Shown: in pieces, positions 43,704 through 55,497 of the stretch
Layout of the letters: each line of letters begins with the position of its first letter
How positions within the stretch are numbered: the first letter of the stretch is position 1
Assembly: GCA_016786765.1 (NCBI GenBank)
Contig: JAEUUZ010000004.1
Span: 21,300-85,299, forward strand
Direction of reading: 5' to 3'
DNA from: Chitinophagales bacterium
GTDB taxonomy: Bacteria; Bacteroidota; Bacteroidia; Chitinophagales; LD1
DNA: 64,000 nt
The notes under the pieces: model-generated
Databases searched by the model: none
Seen by the model: only the letters and a program-made list of their open reading frames with translations
Told to the model about the DNA's origin: nothing
Program-made: the position numbers and the translations under genes

Positions 43704-44771
43704 TTATTCGCGTACCACATTGATAAACGAATAATTTTTTAATACAGGGTATCCGAATAATCCCTTTGCAATGTGCATCTCAATTACATGATCGTTCACA
43801 TTGAAATAAGTAAGTCGATTGCGTTCTGTTGCTGCATTCAAAACATTTACATCTACATTTATTGCATTATCTATAGGCGTAAAATCCAAAAGTGTTCGGG
43901 CATGCCATTCGTTTTGGAAAACATTATGTTCGATAGTAAAACAAGTTGAACTTTTATTCAGCTCTATCTCGGGTTCCCATCGATAGAAAACAACTTTCTC
44001 CGGTGATGAAAAACCATAATTCAGTAATAACAATATATTCAATACCACTATGGGGATAGAGGCTTTCATACATTCCCGAACTGCATAAAGCGAATGCTTT
44101 TTTACCCAATAAATAACGAAAAGAAAACTCAAACCAAAGCTTGCAATAAAATAAGAAGTAGGAAAAAAGGTATTCATGCCAATTTTAAAAAAAACGACAA
44201 CATTGAACACAATCATTGCAAAAAAAAGCACATAAGTTAAGTTGGAAAAGAATCGTATAGCGCTGATATAATCAGTGAATGTATGGAAGGAAGGCACAAC
44301 AAACTGATAAACAATGTAGGAAAAAACGCCAACTGATAACACTCCAAGAATAAGGCCGAGGATGCCCACATACCAAGTAAATACAAATACAAACCCAACC
44401 ATAAACAGTAAGAGTATGCATGTCATTGCCATATGCCCTAACACTTCTAAATAATACCAAAACTTAAAATCATCGGTTTGCATATAAGCCCGAAATGCTT
44501 CTTCCTGCTTTCTTCTCGCCTCTTCTCTTAACTGCTCTGTATAATCAGGAGAAGGTTCCTGAAAAGTCATTTCTTGGAATAAATAAGATCCGTCTTTATA
44601 AGCTGTTAAAATTTGATAGGCCTCCGCAACTAATCGAAATTGAATTTCAGCATCGGCACTTTTATTTCTATCGGGATGGTATTGCAGTGCTAAGCGCCTA
44701 TATGCCTTTTTTATTTCAGCTATATCGGCATTCGATGATAACCCCAAACGTTGATAGTATTGCTGCATCAA
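43704..44771 (-). CDS. J-domain (DnaJ-like) polytopic membrane protein
   Basis: N-terminal [32 protein letters not shown] (HPD present), then about 6 TM helices and a ~100-aa C-terminal domain. Confidence 0.75.
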   Translation of the reverse strand: MMQQYYQRLGLSSNADIAEIKKAYRRLALQYHPDRNKSADAEIQFRLVAEAYQILTAYKDGSYLFQEMTFQEPSPDYTEQLREEARRKQEEAFRAYMQTDDFKFWYYLEVLGHMAMTCILLLFMVGFVFVFTWYVGILGLILGVLSVGVFSYIVYQFVVPSFHTFTDYISAIRFFSNLTYVLFFAMIVFNVVVFFKIGMNTFFPTSYFIASFGLSFLFVIYWVKKHSLYAVRECMKASIPIVVLNILLLLNYGFSSPEKVVFYRWEPEIELNKSSTCFTIEHNVFQNEWHARTLLDFTPIDNAINVDVNVLNAATERNRLTYFNVNDHVIEMHIAKGLFGYPVLKNYSFINVVRE

Positions 44772-44878
44772 AAATTGTTTATCCCTTGCGAAATATAGGC
44801 AATATGAGATATATCTTAAAGTGCTGTTAAATGATTAAAACGCTAAACGACCGATTCCAGGTATATTGCGCAAAAAAA

Positions 44879-44900
44879 AGGGAGTTCAAAAGAACTCCCT
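44879..44900 (-). terminator. Rho-independent terminator of sucD
   Basis: agggagttc-aaaa-gaactccct hairpin. On the minus strand it is followed by an 8-T run. Confidence 0.7.
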
Positions 44901-44922
44901 TTAATAATGAACTTTTAATGAT

Positions 44923-45798
44923 TTATTTTCCCAATACCGTTTTCATGGTTTCTCCAATGCCTGCAGGAGAATCTACAACGTGTAATCCGCATTCGCGCAT
45001 AATCGCCATTTTTGCTGCTGCTGTATCTTCAGCACCACCAATAATAGCTCCAGCGTGTCCCATTCTTCTTCCGGCAGGAGCTGTTTGTCCTGCGATAAAT
45101 CCTACCACCGGTTTTTTATTGCCGTTGGCTTTAATCCAACGTGCTGCTTCTGCTTCCAAACCTCCACCAATTTCTCCAATCATAATAATGGCATCGGTTT
45201 CCGGATCGTTCATGAATAACTCAACGGCTTCTTTAGTTGTTGTTCCGATGATAGGGTCACCGCCAATACCGATAGCCGTAGATACGCCTAAACCGGCTTT
45301 CGCCACTTGGTCAGCCGCTTCGTAGGTCAATGTTCCCGATTTAGAAACAATACCAATTCTTCCCGGCTTGAAAACGAATCCAGGCATAATGCCTACTTTT
45401 GCACCATCAGGGGTAATTACACCCGGACAGTTAGGTCCAATTAAACGTGTACTTCTTCCTTTCAAATACTCTTTCACACTTACCATGTCTTGCACCGGAA
45501 TACCTTCAGTAATACAAACCACTAATTCTACTCCTGCATCTGCAGCTTCCATGATGGCATCAGCGGCAAAAGCGGGTGGAACAAAAATGATAGATACGTT
45601 GCAATCTGTTGCTTTTCGTGCATCGGAAACTGAATTGAATACCGGTTTGGCCAAATGCTGCTCTCCCCCTTTACCGGGAGTAACACCACCCACTACATTC
45701 GTTCCATATTCAATCATTTGCGTGGCGTGGAAAGTTCCCTCTTTGCCCGTAAAGCCTTGTACAATCACTCGGCTGTTTTTGTCTACTAGTACGCTCAT
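44923..45798 (-). CDS. sucD: Succinate--CoA ligase subunit alpha
   Basis: [41 protein letters not shown] (catalytic His loop). 291 aa. Confidence 0.96.
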   Translation of the reverse strand: MSVLVDKNSRVIVQGFTGKEGTFHATQMIEYGTNVVGGVTPGKGGEQHLAKPVFNSVSDARKATDCNVSIIFVPPAFAADAIMEAADAGVELVVCITEGIPVQDMVSVKEYLKGRSTRLIGPNCPGVITPDGAKVGIMPGFVFKPGRIGIVSKSGTLTYEAADQVAKAGLGVSTAIGIGGDPIIGTTTKEAVELFMNDPETDAIIMIGEIGGGLEAEAARWIKANGNKKPVVGFIAGQTAPAGRRMGHAGAIIGGAEDTAAAKMAIMRECGLHVVDSPAGIGETMKTVLGK

Positions 45799-45832
45799 TT
45801 TATTCGTTGATTATTTTGTTTTTAAAATGTGT

Positions 45833-46591
45833 TTATACTCTCGCATTTTTGCGAAGGTTCTTTAAAAAGTCGGAAGCAAATATAAAATCAAAAAGCTCTC
45901 CGTCTGTAATATTCATAATTTCTTTGGAATCCCCTTCCCAATATTTCAATCCTTCATGCAAGAACAAAACGTTATCGCCTATCCCCATCACCGAGTTCAT
46001 ATCGTGGGTATTAATCAGCGTAGTCATATTGTACTCAATGGTGATTTCCTTAATCAATTCATCAATCACAATCGATGTTTTGGGATCTAAGCCCGAATTG
46101 GGTTCATCGCAAAACAAATATTTTGGATTCTGAACAATGGCCCGTGCAATCCCCACACGCTTTTTCATACCTCCACTCAACTCATCCGGGAATTTTTTGT
46201 TGGTATTCGGCATATTCACACGAGCTAAACAAAAGTTCACCTGCTCCAACTTTTCTGCTTCCGTCATATCAGAAAACATGTCTAGCGGAAAACGAATATT
46301 CTCTTCCACTGTCATAGAGTCAAACAATGCAGAGCCTTGGAAAAGCATACCAATTTCTCTACGCAAAATAGTTCGATCTTTCTTGTTCATTTGCGTAAAC
46401 GAACGTCCATCATATTTCACATCCCCACTATCAGGCTCTACTAAGCCTACCATTGTTTTAATAAGCACAGTTTTACCGCTACCCGATTTCCCAATAACCA
46501 GATTACATTTCCCATCCTCAAATACAGAAGAAATACCTTTCAATACCTTCTGTTCGCCAAATTGCTTATGTATGTCGATGACCTCTATCAT
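45833..46591 (-). CDS. ABC transporter ATP-binding protein, MlaF-like
   Basis: GKSGSGKT, LSGGMKKRVGIARA, LFCDEPNSGLDP. Follows an MlaE-like permease after a 2-nt gap. Confidence 0.8.
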   Translation of the reverse strand: MIEVIDIHKQFGEQKVLKGISSVFEDGKCNLVIGKSGSGKTVLIKTMVGLVEPDSGDVKYDGRSFTQMNKKDRTILRREIGMLFQGSALFDSMTVEENIRFPLDMFSDMTEAEKLEQVNFCLARVNMPNTNKKFPDELSGGMKKRVGIARAIVQNPKYLFCDEPNSGLDPKTSIVIDELIKEITIEYNMTTLINTHDMNSVMGIGDNVLFLHEGLKYWEGDSKEIMNITDGELFDFIFASDFLKNLRKNARV

Positions 46592-46593
46592 GC

Positions 46594-47340
46594 TTAATCC
46601 AACAGTAAAAATGCAACGAAAAAATTAATGATAATCACAACAATACTACTCAACACTACCGCTTGTGTACTCGCTTTCCCAATTTCCAAAGCGCCACCTT
46701 TAACCGTATACCCTTTAAAACATGAAACAGAGGCAATGGCAAAGGAGAATAACAATGCTTTAATCAACATTACTACTAAATCCCAGTTTTTCATGTAATC
46801 CTGAACACCACGTACATACTCAGCTGTAGAATAAAAATGCCCAAGTACACCGGCTGCCCATCCGCCTATTATCCCCAAGAAAACGGAAATAACAACTAAC
46901 ATCGGAATCACCACAATAGATGCCAGAATTTTAGGAGCAATCAAATACGATGATGTATTTACGCCCATAATTTCATAGGCATCGATTTGCTCGCTCGTGC
47001 GCATAGATCCTAATTCGGAAGCAATATTAGAACCTACTTTACCGGCCAAAAGTAAGGCGGTTAAGGTGGGTGCCATTTCTAAAATCAACGATTTACGCAC
47101 AATGGCTCCTACCCACCACATGGGCACTAAACCAATTCCGCGTAACTGATAGGAAAACTGAACGGCTGTAACAGCACCAATAAAGGTAGCCACAATGGCA
47201 ATTACGGTCAACGACCCAATACCAATATCATGCATCTGGCGGAATGTTTCCTTCCAATACATCCGAGGTTTCTCGGGCTTGGAGAACATTCTTCCAAGGA
47301 GAATCAAATACTCGCCAAAATCGTGAAAAATCTTTCCCAT
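46594..47340 (-). CDS. ABC transporter permease, MlaE-like
   Basis: 5 TM helices. IGIGSLTVIAIVATFIGAVTAVQ and TSEQIDAYEIMGVN are typical of MlaE/TTG2B. Start set at the internal Met (MGKIFHDFGEY); the ORF extends to 47406. Confidence 0.75.
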   Translation of the reverse strand: MGKIFHDFGEYLILLGRMFSKPEKPRMYWKETFRQMHDIGIGSLTVIAIVATFIGAVTAVQFSYQLRGIGLVPMWWVGAIVRKSLILEMAPTLTALLLAGKVGSNIASELGSMRTSEQIDAYEIMGVNTSSYLIAPKILASIVVIPMLVVISVFLGIIGGWAAGVLGHFYSTAEYVRGVQDYMKNWDLVVMLIKALLFSFAIASVSCFKGYTVKGGALEIGKASTQAVVLSSIVVIIINFFVAFLLLD

Positions 47341-47450
47341 AGATGAAAAGCGAATATAGAAGAAATAAACAGATTTTGAATTTCGGCTGGGCATATTGCC
47401 AAACATTTATAATTTTTGACTTCCAACCCTGCAATTCTTAACTTTACATC

Positions 47451-48152
47451 ATGAAAAAGAAAATTGTAGTCACCGGAGCATCCAAAGGTATAGGAAAAGC
47501 CATTGCGCTTTATTTTGGGGCACAGGGATTCGATGTAGCCATTTGCGCCCGCGATATCCAAAAACTTGAAGCTGTTGCAACTGAACTTCGTGCTATGGGT
47601 GTCCTTGTAATTAGCAGTGTTTGCGATGTTACAAACCAACAACAAATCCTACAATTTGCAGCCGAAGTAGAAAAACAATGGGGTAACATTGATGTGTTGG
47701 TGAACAATGCCGGACAATATCTTTCGGGCCGTGTTATTGATGAACCGCAAGGCCATTTGGAACAACTTATTGAAACTAATCTTTATTCGGCCTATTACTT
47801 TTCAAGGGCGTTTGTTGGAAAAATGATGGCGCAAAAAAGTGGTCATATTTTTAATATTTCATCCATTGCCGGATTACAGGCCTACCCTAATGGTGGATCG
47901 TACAGCATTTCTAAATTTGCTATGACCGGTCTTTCAAAAGCACTTCGCGAAGAATTGAAAAATGAAGGAGTGAAAGTAACAAATGTGGCTCCGGGGGCTA
48001 CTTACACCGATTCGTGGGCGGGCGCTAATTTACCGGAATCGCGATTTGTACAAGCGAACGATATTGCAAAATTATTGTTTGACACCCACAACCTTTCCGC
48101 AAGTGCTGTGGTAGAGGAACTTGTAATCAGGCCCATTTTAGGTGATATTTAA
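47451..48152 (+). CDS. Classical short-chain dehydrogenase/reductase
   Basis: VTGASKGIGKAIA, NNAG, S...YSISK catalytic motif. Confidence 0.8.
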   Translation: MKKKIVVTGASKGIGKAIALYFGAQGFDVAICARDIQKLEAVATELRAMGVLVISSVCDVTNQQQILQFAAEVEKQWGNIDVLVNNAGQYLSGRVIDEPQGHLEQLIETNLYSAYYFSRAFVGKMMAQKSGHIFNISSIAGLQAYPNGGSYSISKFAMTGLSKALREELKNEGVKVTNVAPGATYTDSWAGANLPESRFVQANDIAKLLFDTHNLSASAVVEELVIRPILGDI

Positions 48153-48161
48153 ATAAGCATT

Positions 48162-48530
48162 ATGTTGATCCTCTTTTACGATAACCGTTGCCCCATTTGC
48201 TTGCGCACCAAAGCTGTGCTGGAGCGAATCGATTTTGGCCGACAAATAGAATTTATAGGTATTCGTAATAAAGAAATATTCAACACTTACACTAACCTAG
48301 ATGAGGCCCAAGCCCTACAAAGAATGGCCTCTTCATACAACAACGAAATCGTTTACGGCTTTGCATCAGTTCTTCGTATCGTGCGCACTTTGCCGCTATT
48401 GTGGATTTTCGTTCCCGCATTTTTTATACTGAAATGGACGCGAATTGGTGAAAAAGCCTATGACGAGATTGCCTTAAAACGAAAGCTCCTTCCGGCAAGT
48501 TGCGATGAAAACTGTCTACTTTCAGAATAA
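48162..48530 (+). CDS. DCC-family thiol-disulfide oxidoreductase (DUF393)
   Basis: N-terminal LFYDNRCPIC motif. About 120 aa. Confidence 0.65.
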   Translation: MLILFYDNRCPICLRTKAVLERIDFGRQIEFIGIRNKEIFNTYTNLDEAQALQRMASSYNNEIVYGFASVLRIVRTLPLLWIFVPAFFILKWTRIGEKAYDEIALKRKLLPASCDENCLLSE

Positions 48531-48545
48531 AATTATCTTTGGTAC

Positions 48546-49817
48546 ATGAACCCTTCTTTAGCTTTTCATAGCCCTGAAGCGATTCGAAACGAGCAGGAAC
48601 GCTTACTTCGAAAGCAAATTGAGTTTGTCGCAACGCATTCCCCGTTCTATAAAAAAGTATTCAGCAATAATCATATCGATCCTCAATCCATTCAATCACT
48701 GGAGGATTTAAAAAGCATACCCACTACGTCAAAAGACGATTTTGCCAATGTCAATGACTCTTTTTTAGCTGTGCCACTGAAGCAAATCATTGATTGGTGC
48801 ACCACCTCAGGCACCACCGGAAACCCGGTAATGGTAGGACTTACAGAAAACGATTTACAACGATTAGCCCACAACGAATACTTATCATTTCTTACCGCGG
48901 AACTAACACAAAACGATTGTGTGCAATTGATGCTTACTCTCGATAAACAGTTCATGGCCGGAATGGCTTACTATTTGGGCTTACGGAAAATAGGTTGCGG
49001 CATTGTTCGCTCCGGTCCTGGAACCCCTGCAGCTCAAATCGATATCATCAAACGCCATAAAGTGAATGTGTTGGTGGCTGTCCCTTCTTTTTTATTAAAG
49101 ATTATATCCTTCGCACAAGGTTCGGGCATTGACTTAAATAGTCTTGGCGTTGAAAAAATTATTTGTATTGGCGAGGCCGTGCGAAACGATGATTTAACAC
49201 CAAACATATTGGCAACCAAAATTACCGAACATTGGCATGTACAGTTGTTGGGCACATTTGCCTCTACGGAAATGCAAACAGCCTTTACGGAAGATGCACA
49301 TGGCGATGGATACTTTTTACATCCTGAATTGATGTTTGCTGAGATTTTAGATGATAATAACAATGAAGTTAAAGAAGGCGAAACCGGAGAACTTACCATT
49401 ACACATTTCGAGCTAGAAGGCACACCATTAATACGATACAGAACAGGTGATATCTGTAGAAAACTTTCATCACAAAGTAAAAGCGGACGAAACGCCTTGA
49501 AAATCGGGCCGGTGATTGGGAGAAAAAATCAATTGATAAAACTCAATGGCACTACACTTTATCCGAATGCTATTATCCAAACATTGAAAGAATACGACCT
49601 AGACGATTTTCTTGTAGTCGTTGAAAAATCTGCTGTTCAAACAGATGAAGTAAAAATTTTGATTACATCTTCGAAGGCAGTTAACTACGAATTAATGATT
49701 CAACAACTCCAAAACCGTTTACGCGTTAAACCGGTAATTATTCATGCTACAAAATCGGAACTTGATGCCTTGCGTCCGAGAGAATCCAGAAAACTGATTC
49801 AGGTAGTTTTTCAATAA
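48546..49817 (+). CDS. Phenylacetate-CoA ligase-family adenylate-forming enzyme (PaaK/F390-synthetase-like)
   Basis: TSGTTGNP P-loop, later YRTGD. 423 aa, the size of the short PaaK-like clade. Confidence 0.7.
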   Translation: MNPSLAFHSPEAIRNEQERLLRKQIEFVATHSPFYKKVFSNNHIDPQSIQSLEDLKSIPTTSKDDFANVNDSFLAVPLKQIIDWCTTSGTTGNPVMVGLTENDLQRLAHNEYLSFLTAELTQNDCVQLMLTLDKQFMAGMAYYLGLRKIGCGIVRSGPGTPAAQIDIIKRHKVNVLVAVPSFLLKIISFAQGSGIDLNSLGVEKIICIGEAVRNDDLTPNILATKITEHWHVQLLGTFASTEMQTAFTEDAHGDGYFLHPELMFAEILDDNNNEVKEGETGELTITHFELEGTPLIRYRTGDICRKLSSQSKSGRNALKIGPVIGRKNQLIKLNGTTLYPNAIIQTLKEYDLDDFLVVVEKSAVQTDEVKILITSSKAVNYELMIQQLQNRLRVKPVIIHATKSELDALRPRESRKLIQVVFQ

Positions 49818-49850
49818 ACGTTTTCTATTTAAATATTTTGCCAATAAAAA

Positions 49851-49877
49851 AAGCCCTTCAACATTGTTGAAGGGCTT
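49851..49877. terminator. Bidirectional rho-independent terminator
   Basis: Perfect 12-bp stem aagcccttcaac-att-gttgaagggctt, flanked by an A-run and a T-run, between convergent genes. Confidence 0.8.
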
Positions 49878-49898
49878 TTTGCATGTATCGAAAGTTGA

Positions 49899-52800
49899 TT
49901 ATTCAATAATCAATTTCTGTGTAGCAATTCCTTTTGCAGTAGCATAACGGATAGTGTAAACACCGGCAGCCATACCCTGAATATTAATTGTTTTTGTCAA
50001 TTTAGAAACGACACCTAAGTTATCGTTATAAACTACTTTACCTGCAATATCCATAATGGCTATAGATACTGTTGAAGCATCGCTCATTTCGATGTTTAAT
50101 GTAAACGCTCCGTTAGAAGGGTTTGGATAAACACGTACTAAAGAGAATCCGGCAGCTTCTGCATCGATAATTGATGAGATAACTATAGTTTTAGACACTG
50201 TACAATTGTTCGCATCTTTAACGGTTACAGAATATGAACCAGGTGTTAAACCTGATGCCGTAGCCGTTGTTTGAACAGGTGTAGTACTCCAAGTGTAAGT
50301 GTAAGGATTAGTTCCTCCCGCAGCTGACACAGTAGCAGCAGTTGTTGTTGTTGTTGTTGTTGCAGTTAATGCAGAAGCAGGTTGAGATACTGATGTGCTT
50401 GCAGTAGCAGAACACAAGTTGGCATCTTTAACCGTTACTGAATAAGGACCAGCAACTAAGCCTGTTGCCGTAACTGTTGTTTGCGTAGGGGTAGAACTCC
50501 AAGCATAATTTAAAACGCCTGTTCCACCGGCAGCGGTTACAGTAGCAGTTCCATCATTTCCTCCAAAACATTTAACAGCAGTAGAAGATGCATTTGCAGT
50601 GATAGCAGGTGTATTGAATACTACTGAAGCTGAATCTTTACATCCTTTTGTATCTACTACATAAACTTTAACTGTTCCATTTGCTCCGTTTGAAAGCGAA
50701 GCACCTGAAGCACCGTTAGACCATGTATAAGTAAGTGTTCCTGTTCCACCAGTTGCTGAAGCAGTTGCTGCTCCGTTTGCTGAATAAGAACATGTAGGCT
50801 GAGTAGTCGCTGATGCAGAAAGTGCAATTGCAGCAGGAGCTGTAACCGTTACAGAACCAATACCTGCACAACCAGTAGCTAATACGGTTACATTATACGT
50901 TCCCGCAGCTAAACCTGTAGCTGTAGCAGTAGTTTGAGCCGGAGAAGTACTCCAAGTATATGTATAAGCACCAGTTCCACCAGTTGCAGAAGCTGTAGCT
51001 GTACCATCGGATTTTCCTGCACATGAAGGGTTAACAGCAGTTACAGAAACCGTAGGCGCTCCAGGGTTTGTTACAACACCCGATGCTGAAGCCGTACAAC
51101 CTGCAGCTGTAACTGTAACCGTGTATGTTCCGGCAGCCAAACCTGTAGCTGTTTGTGTAGTTTGTGCTGGAGATGTGCTCCATACATATGTTCCAGAAGT
51201 TCCATTTGCAGTAGCGCTTCCTGAAGCACCACCACATATTGAAGGAGCAGTAACAACAGAAACAGTTGGAGCAATACCTGAGTTTGTTATTGTTGTTGAC
51301 CCGGTAGCTGAACATCCTCCAGCTGTTACAGTTACGCTATATGCACCAGGAGCTAATCCTGTTGCTGTTTGCGTTGTTTGTGCAGGAGAAGTATTCCAAA
51401 CATAGGTGCCCGGAGTTCCATTAGCAGTAGCCGTTCCGTTTGATCCACCGCAAGTTGCAGCTGTATTGACCATGGTAACAGTTGGTACCGTTCCACTATT
51501 GGTAAGGGTTACACTTACTGTATCAGCACAACCATTGTTTGTAATTGTTAATGTATATGTTCCGGGAGCACGATTAAAAATTGAATCGGTTGAAGCTCCT
51601 GTTGACCATAAATACGTTACAGCACCAACATTACCGGTTACAGTTGTTTTAACTTTACCATTACTTAAACCACAAGTTGGGTTAGTAGGCGTTGCTGTAG
51701 CCGTTAGGTTACAAACAATTTCTTTCAAAGATGGACGAATAACTGCAGCTCGCATAAAACCAGCGCCAAATGTATCTAACCGCTCCCAATTACCGCCTTT
51801 ATAAGAAGACCATTTTACAAAGTGCTTACCTGTAGTAAACAAGTTAGCCGTTGTTGCTAAACCTAAAACTGAATCACCTAATTCATTTACAGAAACCAAA
51901 AAGTCTCCGGCAGGTAATGTTAATGGGCCACCACTGATAGCCAACGTCAATACAACACCGCTATCTTCATCTAATTGAGTAGTTGTGTAAATATTTGTAG
52001 ATGCTAGTGGAGTTAAGCCCGGTACACCAGCAGTTACCGGATATACTGATGCAGAAACAGGTTGATTTTTAGAACATCCCGACAAATAAAACAATACTGT
52101 ATCTAAACGTGCAGGTTTAACTAAAGTGTATACTTGTCCAATTGCGCCATTAGTTGCAGATCCGGCTCCAATTCCAACAGGGCTCACTTGCTCACCAAAT
52201 GAAGCATAATCACGAGCAAATGTAGAGGCATCTACAACAAAAATAGTGGCATTGGTATCGTTAGATGTAGTTACATCAGCTGCAGTACTAGCTATACTTC
52301 CAACAGTGTAAACATCCTCTGCCGTAATCGTATTCACAGGACCTGCTGAGTTCAAATAGGATGCGCCAGCATTAATATTTACTGGTGTTGCAGCATTTGA
52401 ATAAACAACTGCATTTGCACCATCAAGCACAAATGATTGTGTTACAGTTCCGGTTGCAGTAGATGTACCAATATTTTTTAACTTACTGTTTACATTAAAT
52501 GGTGCATTTTGGAACAATGGCCAAAACGATAAACCATTACTAGGATAAACTTGTTGATTATTAACATCAGGAGCAATAGGAACAGCGTCCAATTCATAAC
52601 CAATTAAACCTATACCTTGATTAACACAAGCTAAGGTTGGTTTAGCAAACCCTGGCAATTGAACAACTGTTGCTCCACCGGCAATACCACCCGGACTTCC
52701 ATAATCAGCATCAACGTCATGAGTAACTCCAGTTAATACACCGGTAGTTGGATTTATACCTACAAGAACAGATGCAGATGCTCCTCCATTCGGATCAGCT

Positions 52801-53540
52801 TGATTAAATGCCCACAAATATGGCCCCCCAGGTGTTAAGTTATCGTAAGCAGCTCCATACATGCCAGTAAGTGTATGTGTTGCAGCAGGAATAGAACTAA
52901 TTAATGTTCCTCCAGTAGTTACTAAATTAATCTCTGAAGAAAAGTTTCCATAATATAACCCTCCTGCACCACTATTGGCAGTAGGACAATATGTTACCCA
53001 TCTTGCACCAGCAGTACCTCCGGTAGTTAAGCCGGGAACTACAATACCTGTAAGCAATGTTTTTGTTGAAACTTTAATTCTTCGAATTGTTGTTGTATTA
53101 ATTCCTGCATAAACGGTGTCCCCTTTAATAGTTAAAGATCTAACACCACCTAAACCAGCAACTCTAAAACGACCGGTATTGTTACCGTTAATATCAAACT
53201 GATATACACTATCGGCAACACTCCATTGTGTAGACCAGAACTCAGTTCCTGTCCATACAACGCTTACTAATGCTCCGGCACCTGATGCACCATAAATATC
53301 GTGATCAAATTGAACATCCCACAACGCTCGGTTAGGATTAGGTGTATATCCACTACTAGGTAAAACACCAGGAGCTCTATCTAAGTTTGGATTTACAATT
53401 AAAGGTTTCAGCGATTTGCTGATATTGGCTTTTAAGCCATTGGAGCCTTTAGGCGTTAATGAACCCGAGGCAAAAACCGTCAGATTCAAAAGCACAACAG
53501 CAAAAAGCGCTATGCATTTTAAGGAGTAATTTTTCGTCAT
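49899..53540 (-). CDS. Large surface protein: N-terminal beta-rich region, ~7 SprB-type repeats, type-A T9SS C-terminal domain
   Basis: Signal peptide from the internal Met (MTKNYSLKCIALFAVVLLNLTVFA; the ORF extends to 53561). Repeats C.G..(D/N)GTATA...GGTG.YTY.WS..P.QTT.TATGL.AG.Y.VTV.D...C. C-terminus VRVYPNPSNGAFTLNIE...AGVYTIRYAT...QKLIIE. Confidence 0.85.
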   Translation of the reverse strand: MTKNYSLKCIALFAVVLLNLTVFASGSLTPKGSNGLKANISKSLKPLIVNPNLDRAPGVLPSSGYTPNPNRALWDVQFDHDIYGASGAGALVSVVWTGTEFWSTQWSVADSVYQFDINGNNTGRFRVAGLGGVRSLTIKGDTVYAGINTTTIRRIKVSTKTLLTGIVVPGLTTGGTAGARWVTYCPTANSGAGGLYYGNFSSEINLVTTGGTLISSIPAATHTLTGMYGAAYDNLTPGGPYLWAFNQADPNGGASASVLVGINPTTGVLTGVTHDVDADYGSPGGIAGGATVVQLPGFAKPTLACVNQGIGLIGYELDAVPIAPDVNNQQVYPSNGLSFWPLFQNAPFNVNSKLKNIGTSTATGTVTQSFVLDGANAVVYSNAATPVNINAGASYLNSAGPVNTITAEDVYTVGSIASTAADVTTSNDTNATIFVVDASTFARDYASFGEQVSPVGIGAGSATNGAIGQVYTLVKPARLDTVLFYLSGCSKNQPVSASVYPVTAGVPGLTPLASTNIYTTTQLDEDSGVVLTLAISGGPLTLPAGDFLVSVNELGDSVLGLATTANLFTTGKHFVKWSSYKGGNWERLDTFGAGFMRAAVIRPSLKEIVCNLTATATPTNPTCGLSNGKVKTTVTGNVGAVTYLWSTGASTDSIFNRAPGTYTLTITNNGCADTVSVTLTNSGTVPTVTMVNTAATCGGSNGTATANGTPGTYVWNTSPAQTTQTATGLAPGAYSVTVTAGGCSATGSTTITNSGIAPTVSVVTAPSICGGASGSATANGTSGTYVWSTSPAQTTQTATGLAAGTYTVTVTAAGCTASASGVVTNPGAPTVSVTAVNPSCAGKSDGTATASATGGTGAYTYTWSTSPAQTTATATGLAAGTYNVTVLATGCAGIGSVTVTAPAAIALSASATTQPTCSYSANGAATASATGGTGTLTYTWSNGASGASLSNGANGTVKVYVVDTKGCKDSASVVFNTPAITANASSTAVKCFGGNDGTATVTAAGGTGVLNYAWSSTPTQTTVTATGLVAGPYSVTVKDANLCSATASTSVSQPASALTATTTTTTTAATVSAAGGTNPYTYTWSTTPVQTTATASGLTPGSYSVTVKDANNCTVSKTIVISSIIDAEAAGFSLVRVYPNPSNGAFTLNIEMSDASTVSIAIMDIAGKVVYNDNLGVVSKLTKTINIQGMAAGVYTIRYATAKGIATQKLIIE
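50187..51713 (-). repeat. Array of ~7 tandem SprB-type protein repeats (~70-75 aa each) inside the adhesin gene
   Basis: Recurring ...TSPAQTTQTATGLA(P/A)G(A/T)Y(S/T)VTVTA(G/A)GC... at residues ~617-1125. The Thr/Ala/Gly codon bias creates spurious ORFs on both strands. Confidence 0.8.
50341..50361 (-). repeat. (GTT)7 trinucleotide run, read as ACA/ACT Thr codons in a poly-Thr linker
   Basis: gttgttgttgttgttgttgtt on the plus strand. It encodes the T7 stretch in ...ALTATTTTTTTAATV.... Confidence 0.9.
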
Positions 53541-53624
53541 GTTTAAGAATATTTTTGCCAAATATAGACAAATGAGCGCAATTTTAGGTGGGAAGCTTGA
53601 AAAAGTTTATTTGTCCACATTCAT

Positions 53625-53654
53625 TTTGTCCTTTCTTACAAAAAATTACCTTTG
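53625..53654 (+). promoter_or_regulatory. Bacteroidota-type promoter for atpDC (-33 TTTG / -7 TACCTTTG)
   Basis: TACCTTTG (53647-53654) is a perfect TAnnTTTG match 31 nt upstream of the atpD ATG. A TTTG sits at 53625-53628, 18 nt upstream. Confidence 0.45.
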
Positions 53655-53673
53655 CACCGCAAAAAACAATTAA

Positions 53674-55200
<1,527 letters not shown>

Positions 55201-55226
55201 TCATCGTAACAAAAAACGACAGTAAA

Positions 55227-55472
55227 ATGACCTTAGAAATCTTAACACCGGAGAAAAAAATATATTCAGGAGATGCGTCTGCTGTTACACTTCCGGGTAT
55301 TGACGGGAAATTTCAATTGTTGGAGAAACACGCTCCTATTATCTCTGCATTGGGCAAAGGTAAAGTTGTTTACAAATCTGCAACAGGTGTTAATGAAATT
55401 GAAATCACCGGAGGTTTTGCTGAATGTCAGAATAACAAAGTAATTGTTTTGGTTGAAGGAGCATTAGCCTAA
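55227..55472 (+). CDS. atpC: F0F1 ATP synthase subunit epsilon (short form)
   Basis: 81-aa beta-sandwich-only epsilon (LEILTPEK..Y.G....V.LPG..G.F..L..HAP). Directly downstream of atpD. Confidence 0.85.
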   Translation: MTLEILTPEKKIYSGDASAVTLPGIDGKFQLLEKHAPIISALGKGKVVYKSATGVNEIEITGGFAECQNNKVIVLVEGALA

Positions 55473-55497
55473 GCTGAAACACATCACTAACTAAAAA

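Noticed and set aside
44831-46628. Long plus-strand ORFs (44831-45325, 45368-45865, 45807-46133, 46137-46628) opposite sucD and the MlaF-like gene
   Set aside because: They are antisense to genes with unmistakable conserved motifs. Their translations are low-complexity (Pro/Ala/Ser/Ile-rich) with no recognisable motifs, which is typical of shadow ORFs.
50341-50361. (GTT)7 run as a slipped-strand phase-variation switch for the adhesin
   Set aside because: The repeat unit is 3 nt, so slippage keeps the reading frame and would only change the poly-Thr linker length, not switch expression on or off.
51031-51804. Cluster of ORFs on both strands (51031-51315, 51071-51274, 51121-51405, 51406-51804) inside the adhesin gene
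   Set aside because: This is an artefact of the Thr/Ala/Gly/Val-biased repeat region, which is stop-poor in several frames. The adhesin frame carries the signal peptide, the SprB-type repeats and the T9SS CTD.
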